Source: Octopus sinensis | Taxonomy: Eukaryota | Assembly: GCF_006345805.1 (NCBI RefSeq) | Contig: NC_042999.1 | Coordinates: 93,806,001-93,870,000 of the forward strand | Length of the DNA stretch: 64,000 bases | Reading direction: 5' to 3' | Shown: positions 13,368 through 27,119 of the stretch, piece after piece | Position numbering within the stretch: position 1 is the stretch's first letter | How the letters are laid out: the number at the start of each line of letters is the position of its first letter | Program-made: the position numbers and the translations under genes | The notes under the pieces: model-generated | Databases searched by the model: none | The model's input: the letters and a program-made list of their open reading frames with translations, nothing else | What the model was told of the DNA's origin: nothing

Positions 13368-14922
13368 TAGAATAGAAGTTACAATACAGGAAAGAATGAA
13401 GGCACCTTTGGCAAAAGCTCATTCAAAAAAGTAAAGAAAATGTAATCATCACAAAATCTTCTCGTGAATAAGGTTATTTCAAATTAAAACAATTAGAAAC
13501 GTATTTCTGTGATATAAGGCAATAAGTTTATCATTGACAACAAATTACTAGTGAAAGGAGGAACATAGTATGAAAAACTAATCAGTTGATTGGTTGAACT
13601 CTTTATAAATGTGTTTTACTATATTATAGTTAAAATAAATTTTGCCGTAAGAAAATACAGAATGTTATAATACAGTGTTCATAGGTTAAGATATAAGACT
13701 GAAAAAGCAAGCATCGTGAAGAGAAAACTCGAATGTAGGAAAGTTATGTATAATGAATGGAAGATTTTTTATAATATAACACAGAAAAGTATGGAGAAAA
13801 AGAAAGTGTTGTATTTATAAAATCAGGAACATAATGCGTGAAAATTCTAACTAAGCAGAATCTATGTAAAACTTAGAAGTGAAAACATTTTTAGGTTATT
13901 ACATAGGTATTAAAGGCAAGAAATGAACAGTAAATATAATGGAACTGATAGCGTTTAATAGAAAGAGAATAGAGGTATTGTAGACTTAAATGCAGTCAGT
14001 ACAAATATAATTGGTATATTTTTTAAGGTGTATAATGTGTTAAATATGTAGAAATATAAACAGAAATTTACACTTTCCCTACTAGTAATTATTAGGTACA
14101 AATATCTCTAAGCCATAACTGTTTCTATCTGCTCACTTCATTGGTATACAAACAGAACATATACACAGAAAAAACACATACAAACATATGCAAAGCAAAT
14201 TTAATAAATTAACACACAGGCACACAGCATGTAACCATACATCACGAATTATACAAATATACAAATCTAGAATGTGTCATACATAATAACAACAAAGTAG
14301 TCTCGAAGAGTAAAATGGCATAGAAAATTTCAATATCCTTAATTTGGTATCTTTTTCTTTTTACGTAGGACCAGAAATATAACTTACAATGAATTATTTT
14401 GAGAATTCTGCAAATCCATTTAAGATCAAAGCCATATATTTTTGCTTAATATCTGACATAATGAAATTTTGTCGATGTAAGTAATATTTCAGAGATGTCT
14501 TTATAAGACATATTGTTTTCTTTTTTGTTTCGGTTATAAATCTAATATTCTCTTACAAAAACTAATGTAAATTTTGCTATTTTATAGTAGGTATTACTTT
14601 TTCGACAGCCTGTGAAGAATTTTATCTTTTTTCTTTACATCTTGTTTTAATATTTCTAAACTCAATCGTTTTAAACTCATTATTCTAAACTCAATCGTTG
14701 CTATCAAAATGCTCGTGTTGCATTCATATTATTGTTAACATTCTTCATCTTCTTCTTGTTTTACTACTGCTGCTGCTACTACTACTACTACTCCTACTCC
14801 TACTCCTCCTCCTCCTCCTCCTACTACTACTATAATGATAATAATTATTATTATTGTTTTTATTATTTTCATTATTATTCCTTCGTAACACAGTGTAGTT
14901 AAAAATGCATCGGAGTCTTTAG

Positions 14923-15310
14923 TCATCTGTCAAGTCTCAACAAGGACCTCAGGTAGATGACTCTTTCATTAAGATGTGTGCTGTACGAATAAGATTGCTT
15001 TTTGCAAGACATCGATTTTGCATGCGATTTCCAGTCTTGAGGTTTCAGTGGGTTTGAGCCCAATGCTTGGATCGCCACTGGTATCACTTTTAAATTATCC
15101 TCTCCTCGCATTCCATACAGTCTTGTCATTTCCACTTTCAATTCGAAATACTTGGGCATTTTTTTCGACCTCTTTACTCACAACATTCATGTAAATTGGT
15201 ATGGCAACATCAATGATCTGACAGTATTTGTTCCTCTAATATGACAATATCCAGACGACGGTGTTCGATTACACGATCCGTCTGAAAATAATAGTCACAA
15301 CAGAGTATCG
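14923..15310 (-). pseudogene. 3' fragment of an R4/Dong-like LINE (restriction-like endonuclease domain)
   Basis: Minus strand: HRRLDIVILEEQ (RPD-like), IIDVAIP, KEVEKMPKYFELKVEMTRLYGM...KVIPVAIQALGS. Flanked by (ATT)n tracts on both sides. Confidence 0.8.
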
Positions 15311-15367
15311 TTAGTTTTCCATCTTCCTGCATAACTTTGCTTGGTACATGCTCCTACAAGTTCTCTG

Positions 15368-15386
15368 ATTATTATTATTATTATTA

Positions 15387-15441
<55 letters not shown>

Positions 15442-15490
15442 GATGATGATGATGATGATGATCATGATCATCATCATCATCATCATCATC
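15368..15490. repeat. (ATT)n-(GAT)n-(CAT)n microsatellite
   Basis: Directly visible. Confidence 0.95.
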
Positions 15491-15973
15491 GTCAACATCA
15501 GTATATCTTTATCACAAATGTTGTTGGAGCTCCTGGAGTCTTGCATGCGTACCGGTCTTGCTACCTGCAGTCCACGGTACCATGGTATTCTGTTTTTGTA
15601 GCTATTGTTATTATTATCATTATTATTAGTAGTAGTATATTCATAATGACATTAGTGATTGTAAGGTGGCAGGATGAGGTAATTTCCTCTAGCTACGAAC
15701 CTTGTGATTTTCCTCACTTCATTGAAGACACAAAAATGACCTACTACTTGTGGCATCCGCAGTGAGGACGCAACAAACATCTAGATAGTCGAATGTGAGA
15801 ACTACGATGACATCAACAATAACAACATACGATCGTACTCCATTACCTGTGGATATCCTTGTTGCTTATTTTGATTGTAATCACCTCTTTTTGAATTATA
15901 TTGATAATACCATACCAAATTCTGGTGCATTTAACTTAAGTACCATATTCAATTGAATCTAAATTTTACAGAA

Positions 15974-16014
<41 letters not shown>

Positions 16015-18689
16015 CGAATGGCAGTAGGTCTGTGTCGAAGTCCTATTCAATATTTAAGCCGTTGTATTGTAACAGTCAGTGATCGCTGCTACAATGACTC
16101 ATTTTCTCTCTTTTCTCTTTATTTGGAAAGAAAGACGGTTGATCTATAATTTTTGAAAGTGCTGGGGAGCAATAATGTGGAAGATTTGAGGACAATTATG
16201 CTAGAAACACTTTTGGACCTCATCGGAGGTCATTCTCCATACAAAACCTGAAAACCTGGAATGTTTTCCTGACTTGATCTCCCTGTATAATTGGGTGGAA
16301 CTGCGAGTAATTGTGAAGGGCTGAAGACCATGAAGCCAGTGCCAACAATCCGAACTGTTAACAATTTCAGACCATTTTTCGACACAAATCAAAAGCAATA
16401 AAAGGAAAGGAGAATCCTCTCTAGCTAACACAATCACCGCAAAACTTTTGTCCATCAGTAGCAGCAACCGCTACAGCAGCAGCAGCATATGTGCAAAGAA
16501 TTGAAAATAGCAACATTTGTACAAACATCTATTTCAGCTGCAGTGCCTATGATCGCAGCAGCAATTGTGTAAACAGCAACAGGAACATCATCAACAAATA
16601 AATCATCAGCAGCACCAACTTCTATGGAGGAAAGAACGGCTGACGTAATCGCTACCCAGGTAACATCCGAAATCAGCATTCTCTGTCTCTCTGTCTGTCT
16701 TTCTTTCTTCCCTTATTCCTCCCATTTCTGCATGCACAAACAATGAGAATGTACACAGAAGGACCATAACCTTATCACCGTCGATTTGAAGCGTTCATAT
16801 CATACAACCCCTTGTGACTGGAAACATTTTGAAAAAATATAGAAAAAAGAGAAGGAATGTTCAAATGAGATCAAGTGACGGTTGATCACCAAGACAACGG
16901 ATATAGCATAACAACCACCAGCTCCTCTGACATCAGCAAAACGAAAACAAACGGAGTAAAAATCACATGAGAGAAAACCAGCTAAGTACAAACCAAATAA
17001 CGATCCGGATCACAAAAATCTCAACAAAATACCTCTACCCACATTAACAAAAAACAAATTGTATCCACATGTAACATTGTGCTAATAACTTGAAAGTCTA
17101 AAGCTGTTATTATTTTATATTGTGCTAATTATTGTCATAGAGAGACACCTTCAATAAAAGTACTTCAAAATTCCCTGATGACTTGAAATTCGTGAGGCTG
17201 CAGAGGAAGTGTTATAGGAAAATGCAAAAGGTTTACCACATGACATTGGAAATAGAATCAACTCGGCCGGCCAAGAACATGCTTCTTTTGGATTCCCTTA
17301 GGAACCTCTTCTTTCTTACCTGTATACAAGCACTAGTAGTAGATTGGATAAATACACGTGGCTTCAAGCCACGCTGGAAGTAGGGGTGTCAGACTAGTAG
17401 CTATAGATGTGATTTTCATCACTGAAAGTAGAAAAGATGTTGCTAAGAAAAGTTTCAGACACCTAAAGAAATCTTTTTGCTCCGTATCCTGTCAGATGTT
17501 GATCAGCTGCTAGTCTAAAGGCATCCATTTCACTATCTTTCACTTACAGGACATTTCACTATCTTTCACTTATAGGCCCTTTGTTTTACATTCCAGTTCC
17601 ATCCCTTTCCGAAACAACATACATGCACCATTCTCAAATTACGCTTCAAATCATAAAGGTTGGGTCAGTGATGTGTAGATCTCAGTATTATAAAAACAGG
17701 GTGCCAAACGTATGGTGCACATTTGAAGTATTGAACTGAATCGCTCGATATTTTTATATGTTTGTATAATAGAATTTTTTAAAATGATGTTATGTTCTAC
17801 AACATTGGCAGGTCTCCCACAAAAGTAACGGTATGTAGTCCATTGCAAATACTGATTAAATTATAGTGACAATTAGTTTACTTAATAGAGGCTATTACAG
17901 AGCGGCCAGATATAAGGTAATCAATTATTTTTATGGCTGTTGCTTGCATACGTTAGAAATGATCTGTAGCATTTTTAAGAACGTTAGTTTGATAATTTCT
18001 AGACACTGCTCCCGAGCAGCGGTGAGGAAGCCCCATCTTTCTGATCTATATCCAAGTGAAAATGGCAGGTGAGGGGTTCTCTCTATATACCAACGTCAGA
18101 ATTGCGGGGATTTTAAGGTAAGCTTAATTTTACGTATGTTATGCAGCACCGAGATTTTGTCCGATTTTGCTTGTGTTTTATTAGTGTTGCTTTTACAATG
18201 GATTCTGTCACATCTAGTTACCAGAAAAGGTTGAAGAAATCTCCGGACCATGAGAAACGTTTTAAGTGCCTTGCAGGGGATGGGGGGCTACAGTTAGAAT
18301 TTTCTTCAGATTGAGTAGCCCATCCTGCTCAAAAGGTCCCTCAGTAAGGGTTGTTTAAGGATATTGTACGATACACTTATGTTCCCAAAAGTAAATTATC
18401 CAAACCCTCTCAGAGAATTCCTCTCAGCACATGGCTATGATGCCCCCTCCACTATTTCTGCTCGTAATCAGAGATGCACATATCTTCGACCACTAAATGA
18501 CATGCTCAACCGGTTATAGTCAAACAAGTGACAAGCACATTTATGGTATTGAGCAGAATATATGCTGTAGCCCATCTTTTATGCCATGATAATACTTCCA
18601 ATCAGGTAAGATTGTACTGTATCAGGGCATATTATTATTATCGTTGTTGTTGTTGTTAGCGGTAGTGGTTGTAGTGATGGTGGTGGTGA

Positions 18690-21600
18690 TGATGTTATGT
18701 CATGAAAAACCTCGCAGCTTATTCTGCTGGGTATGATGGAATGTGTCAGCTGTCCACGCCATCAGTCTAAGGTGACATATGTTTATTGTTCATTCTTCAA
18801 GAACCTTGCGAGGTATTCTTGCAGTTCCAAGCAATGCTGATTTTTGTAGGTGTTCTACCTTACACGTGTACCAATCTTTCTAAACCATGTTGGTACTTCA
18901 GTTCAGATACTTCGAAGTGCACTAATTACTATTGGAACCACGTCTACTCTCCTCATTGACCACAACTTTCGTATTTCCCCCTTTCAAATCATCAAAGTTG
19001 TTTATTGTTTCTTCATCTTTCAATGTGTCAATTTCGAGCACTCGCAAAAGATGTACCATACCGTTTCACTACGCTCACCACACATTCTGAATTTGTCGCT
19101 GTCGGTAGTGTTGTCTTTTCTGTACTTAACATAGTTGGTCCTTAACGCTTGTTCTTGAGATGCGCATATGAGTGCTTCTGTCAATATTTTCATCCATAGC
19201 CTCCTCATCCATAGCCACCGGTTTTCTGTATCTGTCTTCGCGTTCCCATCTTTTGCGAACTGGCAGTTCATTTTCTTTTTCTTCCGTACGTTTTCTCTTT
19301 TCGTGTGTTCATTTCTTATTTAAAATTTTCTTTCATTACACAATTTTCAGTTTTGATGACACCGGCCTTCGTATGTTTCAACAATGGCTCCATGGTATTT
19401 TTTATATGCCACCCTAAGCTATTTTCTTCTCTTTCGATACAGTCCTGGCAACTGATCAAACCTATCCCACCCTTTCTTCTGGACAAGTATAGTATATCGG
19501 TGTCACTCTTAGGGCGGAAGGTTCCGTGTACTGTCAACATTTTCCTGGCCTTGGTATCCATTTTCATCACTCTCTAGCCATTTTTTAAGTCCCGCTCTAT
19601 ACCGATGTGTTACTATCTCCCATGTATTAACTGCTTAGATTTTATTCCATCCAGTCAATTTTGAGCGGAACACCAACCTCAGTCTCCGGAAATACTCCAT
19701 CCTCAGTTGCTCTTTCATTTCCTTCTCCATTATCTCTTTGAAATCTAGTACACCAAGGTATTTGTGGTCTTCCGTTTCAATTTGTTTAATTACGTCTCTA
19801 TTCGGTAATTCTATCCTTGCTAGGGACTGAAATTTGCCTCTTTTTAGGTAGATTAGTCTGCACTTCTTGAGTCCAAATTCCATTTTAATATCACTACTAA
19901 AACTGTGGACAGTGTTCACCTAGGAATTCGCTTGTGTCTCATCCTTGCCATACAGTTTCAAATCAACCATGTTTGGTGGTTGATTGTTTGGGATTTTCCC
20001 TTTAGTTGATACCCAATGCTCATTTTCCTAAGTACCAAGGTCTGGGGTACCATGAAGAAAACAAAAAGCAACGGAGATCAGCTATCACCCTAGAAAATCC
20101 CTCTTCTGATACCCATGCTTTTTCCGTAAGATGTCAGTTCAGTTTTCCACCCTACTATACTTCTCTTCAGGTAACACGTTGCATCCCTTGCAATTCCAAA
20201 AATATATAAGCACTCGATGATCCACGAATGTGGTATCATATCATAAGCTTTGCGATAGTCAATCCAGGTCATTTCTAGATTTGTTCCCCTTTGTTTACAA
20301 TCTTGCATTGACATTTTGTCTATCAATAATTGATTCTTGGTACCTTTGTACCTCTTTCTACAGCCTTTATGTTCCGTCGGCAATATATCTTTTACATCAA
20401 GAAATTTGTACAGTTCTTCTGCAACTCCTCATAACAGTAACTTCCACATTAATGGGAAGCAAAAATTGACTTGCAATTGTCAGCAGCATTTCCTTTTGAT
20501 GCATCATTTAGACACAACTCTGTCCGTCCTTTTTTCAACGAGCTCGGTATATATCCTCCATTTATCAATGCACTATATTGCTCTGCGATCAATTTGTGGC
20601 AACAACTAAACTTTTTTTTTAATCCAAAATCCCTGTATACTATCAGGTCCTGCTGTTTTCCAAAATCTTTTTACTCATATTTCTGACCCTGTTTTATGTG
20701 AAGTGTATAGTCTCCTGCTGGGGATAAGAACCTGTTTGCTTCAGGCTGTAGTGTCATTCAGCTGTAGTATTATTCCGTTCTTACTAACTTCATATCTAAT
20801 CCCAGAAAAGTCGACTTTCATCAGCATCAGGGACTAATCTAACAGGTTTTTTATCATCACTAATTTCTTGATAAAATCTTTTTTGGTTGGTTCTAAACAA
20901 TTTGTGTTGCCAGTATTGCTTAATCCGTTGTTCAAACTTAGTTACCTTTGCTTTTTTGCAAGTATGCGCTATTTCAGATCTTCAGTTACAAGATTCAGAC
21001 CTTTTGTGTCTACACCATACTTCTTACTAACTTTTAGGAATTTCTATCCATTCTCAAGTTCTCCATTTCTTTTCCTGATACTATTGACAATGCACTGTTC
21101 ATGAAGTTTATATCTTCTGAAATTTCCCCTTTCTACCAAGGTTGTTTGGTCCCTTTTCTATCCATCGCTGTTCTGTTCTCAGTAGTTCTCAATCCCATCC
21201 TTTCTGCCACATTCCTACAAGCAAGTTTGATAAGATTATCTGTTTGTAATGTCATTTGTTTCAATGTGTCTCAGTACATTATTGACTTTACTTGTCTATT
21301 GATTTAATCTACATTTATCAGCATTCTTAAAGCCGCACATGAATACTGTCCCTTCTGTATTTAATAGATCCAAATTACTGTCTATTATTAATCGAACTTC
21401 ACTGTTTGAGTAGTCACTGATCTCAATTCTTTCGCAATTCAAGGTAGCATATTCTTGAAAGCAATTGTCCATCGCTTCCACTATACCACTTTCATTTACC
21501 CTATGCCCATCATCAGCCGGTATGCTTATTTTTAATAGCTTCTAGCTCCAGTTCTGTTAACCATCCATTCTTTCGTAATGCCCTGACTTGGTCACACAAT

Positions 21601-21780
21601 TTCTGTTCTGTAATTTCAAACAGACCCATTGCCTCCCATGCACTGTGCATTCGTATTCTGTACCGTATGACAAGTACACGATTTGCATCCACTGAGGTGC
21701 TCCGATAGTAACACTCCATAACCGTCATGTTCACTTTCAATGTAAGAGTTGTTTTACAACTCACAGGAGAATTGTTATAC
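18690..21780 (-). mobile_element. Near full-length, decayed R4/Dong-like non-LTR retrotransposon (RT, CCHC knuckle, partly deleted RLE)
   Basis: N-terminus VMECYYRS...[41 protein letters not shown]; [20 protein letters not shown]...[16 protein letters not shown]; MVDLKLYGK; SDIKMEFGLKKC; LYLSRRKGGIGL; knuckle RMCGERSETVWYIFCECSKL; RLE tail VDVVPIVISAL. Many stops and frameshifts. Confidence 0.92.
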
Positions 21781-22014
21781 TAATTGTGCACATCTACTCT
21801 CTCTCTCTCTCGTCGAAACAAATATATATCCAATTATGTCTATCTGTTCCCACTTACATAAATCTTTTTCCAGATCAAATCATACAGTTTATTGTTCTAA
21901 TGTAAATTTTGCTTTTTTTAAAAGTATCTTTATATATTCGATCGAAAAATCGAAGAAAACAGCAAATACACGCAAAACCTTATTGCAGTGTTTTATGTTA
22001 AATTTAGTTGTTCA

Positions 22015-22225
<211 letters not shown>

Positions 22226-22399
22226 TATATATAAATTCCATTTAAGATAGATTACGCCTTTTCGCAAGATCTACTGTTTAGATTTAGATTTCCTTTTCTT
22301 TAAAGCAAACTCTCTTTAACAAAAGTTGTTTTTTAAGCTGTGCGTTGTTAAATGTTTTCAAACTTTGATCAGTATTTGTTTTGCTCTAAAAGCAGGGCA

Positions 22400-23060
22400 T
22401 TATATCGCCAGCTCCTTCGCAGCACTAATGTATGTAAATTATTCACCTTATTAACATATATTGATTTAAATTCAAACCTAGCTTAATCTGCTGTTCGTTT
22501 TTTTCAATTCCAGATTAACCTACTACAGGTATCAACGAACTATATTCACCTACCCAGATTTCTTATGTATTATTTTGCAATTAATTCTTTTTATTGATTT
22601 TGTAGATTAATGATACTTGGTGTCAAGCATGAAGTAAATATTCTAGAAGATAAATTTTAATGCGTCAGTTATTAATTTGTTGTTAATGCACTCTGGTAAA
22701 AACATCTGCATATTTTCTAACCAGAATTTGATTGCTTCTATTGTATTATCATGAAGTATATTTGTATACAGGTTCAAAACATCAAAGGATGCATCGAGTC
22801 TCTTTATTGATTCCTTTTAGGAGGTGTCTTAACATATATAGAAGGAAGCTATTGATATTTTGATATAGTTCAGAAGGGATTTCAGTAGCAGAAGAAAGTT
22901 GCTTAAACAATGGTCTTTGCATGATGGGGCAACTATATGTACTCTGCCTAATTTTGAATTTCTTGATAACTGAACATTAATATTTATATATTTCTGATTA
23001 TATGTTGCAGATTTCATTCATTATTTGTCTTTAGTGGATTTTGGTAAACCATAAGTTTAC
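22400..23060 (-). pseudogene. Penelope-like element reverse transcriptase remnant
   Basis: Minus strand: YGLPKSTK..., KLGRVHIVAPSCKDHCLSNFLLLLKSLL, DASFDVLNLYTNILHDNTIEAIKFWLE...ITDALKFIF.NIYF, matching the PLE RT LASFDVxNLYTNIPH...NNYF motifs. Confidence 0.82.
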
Positions 23061-23869
23061 CTTCAAAAATGTGTTATATATATAGTCGATGTTTTTGTCT
23101 CTTAGGTCTCTTACATGTGTTTAACGTAAGGATAATATATTATATTATACTATATTATATACGTATTTATATACGTGTGTGCGTGTATACATACATGCAC
23201 ACACATACATATAGTGTATATATATGTACTTCTGTTTGTGTGTGCATATGTATATATAAATACACTCACGCACGCACACTTACATATATAAAGAGAGAGA
23301 CAGAGTGAAGTGATAATTATAATCCTGATTATCGCATCAATAGCGCATCACAAAGGACGTTGGCTACCGTAGTTTTCCAAAATCCGCATGGGATCGCTTG
23401 ATTTTTCAATGCAATACTAAACAACTCCACGATAAGATCCAGTAAGCTTAATACAAGTCTCGCAGAGTGAATAATATAAGTAATAATTTAAATGATAGAG
23501 AGAGAAGACAAATTGACAAAAGTATTGCTTCTATAAAGTGACCATATTCCATAAACTATTTTGTAATTCATATAATAAATGAACATACCATGGTGTATGG
23601 ATTAAAAAATAAATGTAATAACAAAACTATATGCAATATTTTATGGCATGCGTTATATTACATTGTATGAATTGCACATGTATGTGCGTGTGTATATATG
23701 TATATACATAAATTTAATAACGTCAGTAGCAGTATTTTTTCTAAATGTGAACCTGATATCCAACATAACGTGGAAATTGCAAATTAACTCATTGTATAAT
23801 AAATGATAGCGTTAGTTTGTGGAACCAACTGTGATATCATTTGACTTCTCATTTCCTCATTTAAATCAT

Positions 23870-23989
<120 letters not shown>

Positions 23990-24013
23990 ATATACATATA
24001 TATATTTTTATAT

Positions 24014-24057
<44 letters not shown>

Positions 24058-24261
24058 ATATATACTTATATACTATATACATATATATACACATACCTAT
24101 GTACCTAATGCATATTTTGCATTAGAATTTTTCTTTTGCCATTGTTTATAAGTTGTTTATAATTTAACCTTTAAAGGTATTTTTTAATATGCTGGCCATT
24201 GATAAAATCTTTTTTTTTCGAAACATTTTATCCTATATTATATATATGTAAACATATATAC

Positions 24262-24330
<69 letters not shown>

Positions 24331-24334
<4 letters not shown>

Positions 24335-24718
24335 CTCTTTTACTTGTTTCAGTCACTTGACTGCGGCCATGCTGGAGCACCGCCTTTAATCGAGCAACTC
24401 GACCCAGCGACTTATTCTTTTGTAAGCCCAGTACTTATTCTATCGGTCTCTTTTGCCGAGCCGCTAAGTAACGGGGACATAAACACACCAGCATCGGTTG
24501 TCAAGCAATGCTAGGGGGACAAACACAGACAGACAAACACATACACATACATACATATAAATATATACGACAGGCTTCTTTCAGTTTCCGTCTACCAAAT
24601 CCACTCACAAGGCTTTGGTCGGCCCGAGGCTATAGTAGAAGACACTTGCCCAAGATGCCACGCAGTGGGACTGAACCCGGAACCATGTGGTCGGTAAACA
24701 ACCTACTTACCACATACC
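24331..24718 (-). mobile_element. tRNA-derived CORE-like SINE (octopus OR-like family), full length
   Basis: Minus-strand head GGTATGTGGTAAGTAGG...CACATGGTTCCGGGTTCAGTCCCACTGCG (B-box-like), CTTGGGCAAGTGTCTT (CORE-like), an internal simple repeat, and tail GGCGGTGCTCCAGCATGGCCGCAGTCAAGTGACTGAAACAAGTAAAAG. Confidence 0.88.
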
Positions 24719-24780
<62 letters not shown>

Positions 24781-24783
<3 letters not shown>

Positions 24784-25607
24784 AAAATGGTAAATAATTT
24801 TTCAGTGGTTTTTCATATAACCAACAATTATTTACCGGTAAAATTCCGGTATGTAAATATGACGAATTCATATAGTGAAAATAATTAAAGGGCGGGCAGC
24901 AGGCTGCCTCGCCGCATACCGGAGGAATTAGAAATGGCAGTCAAAGACTGTTTTTTCCATTTTCTATAAGTGGATTTTCCAAATACGACGAACCCTGCGA
25001 TTCACATACGCAAAAAACGGAGTAGCAGCTATCATGCTTTAATTATTTTCACTATATACTGAACTTTCCAGAAGTTCCTGATGATGAATTCGTCATATTT
25101 ATATACCGGAATTTTACCGGTAAATAATTGTTGGTTATATGAAAAACCACTGAAAAATTATTTACCATTTTTATTGTATTACCATGTGGACTTCTTATTC
25201 CATTGCGATCGGCCAGGCGGCGCACACGGCAGAATTTTTGGAGGGAAAATTTACGTTCTCAGTCATTACTTAGTTTTAACATATGCACACCTCCCCCCAC
25301 TATCTGATGTCGCTTGGTCAGAAGTGAGGGCTTGTGGCATTTGCTAAATCTATCGAATATGGTGTTGATAAAGGAAATCAAGCTATTTTCGTGCTTGTGA
25401 TCTAGAAACATGTTCATCATTAACGGTAAGAGATTGGTTTCGTTTATCTGCTACTCCGTTTTTTGCGTATGTGAATCGCAGGGTTCGTCGTATTTGGAAA
25501 ATCCACTTATAGAAAATGGAAAAAACAGTCTTTGACTGCCATTTCTAATTCCTCCGGTATTCGGCGAGGCAGCCTGCTGCCCGCCCTTTAATTATTTTCA
25601 CTATATA
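24781..25607 (+). mobile_element. Non-coding pseudo-LTR cassette: 549-bp plus-strand monomer (25037-25585, start repeated at 25586-25607) preceded by an inverted partial copy (24781-25028)
   Basis: 24781-24870 is the reverse complement of 25084-25174; 24869-25028 is the reverse complement of 25448-25607; CTTTAATTATTTTCACTATATA occurs at both 25037 and 25586. Both ends lie in (TA)n. Confidence 0.88.
25359..25420 (+). ncRNA. Degenerate type-I hammerhead-like motif
   Basis: ATGGTG-TTGATAA-(AGGAAATCAAGC...GCTTGTGATCTA)-GAAAC-AT-GTT-CATCAT. Stem I and the palindromic stem III pair, but the core has two substitutions relative to CTGATGA. Confidence 0.55.
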
Positions 25608-26101
25608 TATATATATATATATATATACATACACACACACACACACATATACATATAGGTATGTGTGTATTTTTATGTTTTTGTGCGTGTCTAAGGTAAT
25701 CTTGATCTCCGACTCACCCACGAAGTTGTGTTGCATAAAAATAATGATATAGACAGACGAAAATCATGTGATACAGCGACCGGAACTACTTGATTACGTG
25801 ATTTCATCCTGCTATAAATTCTTCCGTGAACGGTGTATGCAATTTCCATGTCTAATCATTCACAAGTGTCGCAAACAGCGAGTGGTTTAATCGAGCAGCT
25901 GGACATGTGTAATTGAGGAACCAACAGCATGGTAAAATCACCTAATCTGGCAGCTGGCAGTTCCGGTATCTTTAGAGGATAATTCCCGTTGTCAACAGTA
26001 TATTTACGAGTGTTTTTATGGGAGATCCTTTCAAGGAAGTAAATGATGCAGTAATTTGTGCTCTAACACAACCTCCATGTTCTGCTTGAGACGAAGATCA
26101 C

Positions 26102-26157
<56 letters not shown>

Positions 26158-26239
26158 CATACCTCTGGTTATTAAATAATAATGTATATACAGGCATCTG
26201 TATGTATATATTTATATATATATATATATATAAATACAA

Positions 26240-26385
26240 AATGGGACAAAAACATCCAGGTAGACGATACAAAAACACGGACGAGTCATTCGAAGCCTTT
26301 AATCTTCAGTCAAGAACCGGATCATCCTCGCAATTTCGGCTGATTAATCTTGAGATTGCTCCAATCTGGCCATCCCCAAGGAAAA
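26240..26385 (-). repeat. Probable PLE pseudo-LTR fragment with decayed hammerhead-like core
   Basis: Minus strand CTTGGGGATGGCC...AGCCGAAATTGC and CTGAAGATTAAAGGCTTCGAAT, adjacent to (TA)n. The cores are imperfect. Confidence 0.35.
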
Positions 26386-26399
26386 GCTAAAATGATGTT

Positions 26400-26875
26400 G
26401 TAGCTAGCACACTCTGTAATGAAGTCTGTCGAAAGGATAATCGCGAGGACAAATAAATAAGAACCCACAATATGGTGGAAGGCCTAGCCACTCATAATGA
26501 CAAGGAATAGTGGTGGAATGATCCAATGACAACCTCAACAAAATGTAAGAACAAAAGACATGATATTATGATTTCGGATAAAGAAGAGACACTGTGCACT
26601 GTTGTAGAAATTAGCTATCCAGCGGATGCTATCATAAAGCTGAAGATCAGTGAAAAAGATAACACCTATGCTGAACTATTGAAAAATCAGTAGTTACTCT
26701 ATCCAAATTCAGGTTTATACCTGTAATTATTGGGCCCTGTGATATGTAACACCAATCTTGAGAAATTAGTCTTCTCAAAACCGGAAAGGAGAAAACTAAT
26801 TCAAAGAATAAAGATCCGATCCATCACTGCAAGTGTAAAAATCTGTAAAACTTTCCAGAAGTTTATCATTTAAAT
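26400..26875 (+). pseudogene. 3' end of an RLE-type LINE (restriction-like endonuclease)
   Basis: WWNDPMTTSTKCKNKRHDIMISDKEETLCTVVEISYPADAIIKLKISEKDNTYAELL...FRFIPVIIGP, matching the RPD...VEISCP...KY...IPVIIGALG pattern. Confidence 0.82.
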
Positions 26876-26920
26876 ATATACAAGCATGTGTAGATATGCA
26901 ACTATATGCATTCATACATA

Positions 26921-27075
26921 CGAGGGGGTGCTAAAAGGTCCCTGGTTTTAAGGTTATCACGGAGGGCCTGGCTGGAGGCTCAACCTTTGAGTTCTTTTAC
27001 ATGGCTTAGAAAAACTGTAGGTTTGCTGTGTTAGTTGTGTGAATCGGAGAGAGGAATATATTGAATAACAGAATA
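26921..27075. mobile_element. Mariner-type terminal fragment / MITE end
   Basis: TA|CGAGGGGGTGCTAAAAGGTCCCTGG resembles the TA|CGAGGG TIR start at 34549. The partner end is missing. Confidence 0.55.
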
Positions 27076-27119
27076 ATAACTAAATTATTCTACTATAAAC
27101 AAGAAACTATATATATATA

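Noticed and set aside
16455-16679. Ala/Gln/Ser-rich ORFs
   Set aside because: Consistent with a decayed (CAG)n/(CAA)n tract.
25062-25100. Hairpin plus CTGATGA as a type-III hammerhead
   Set aside because: No GAAA follows the putative stem II.
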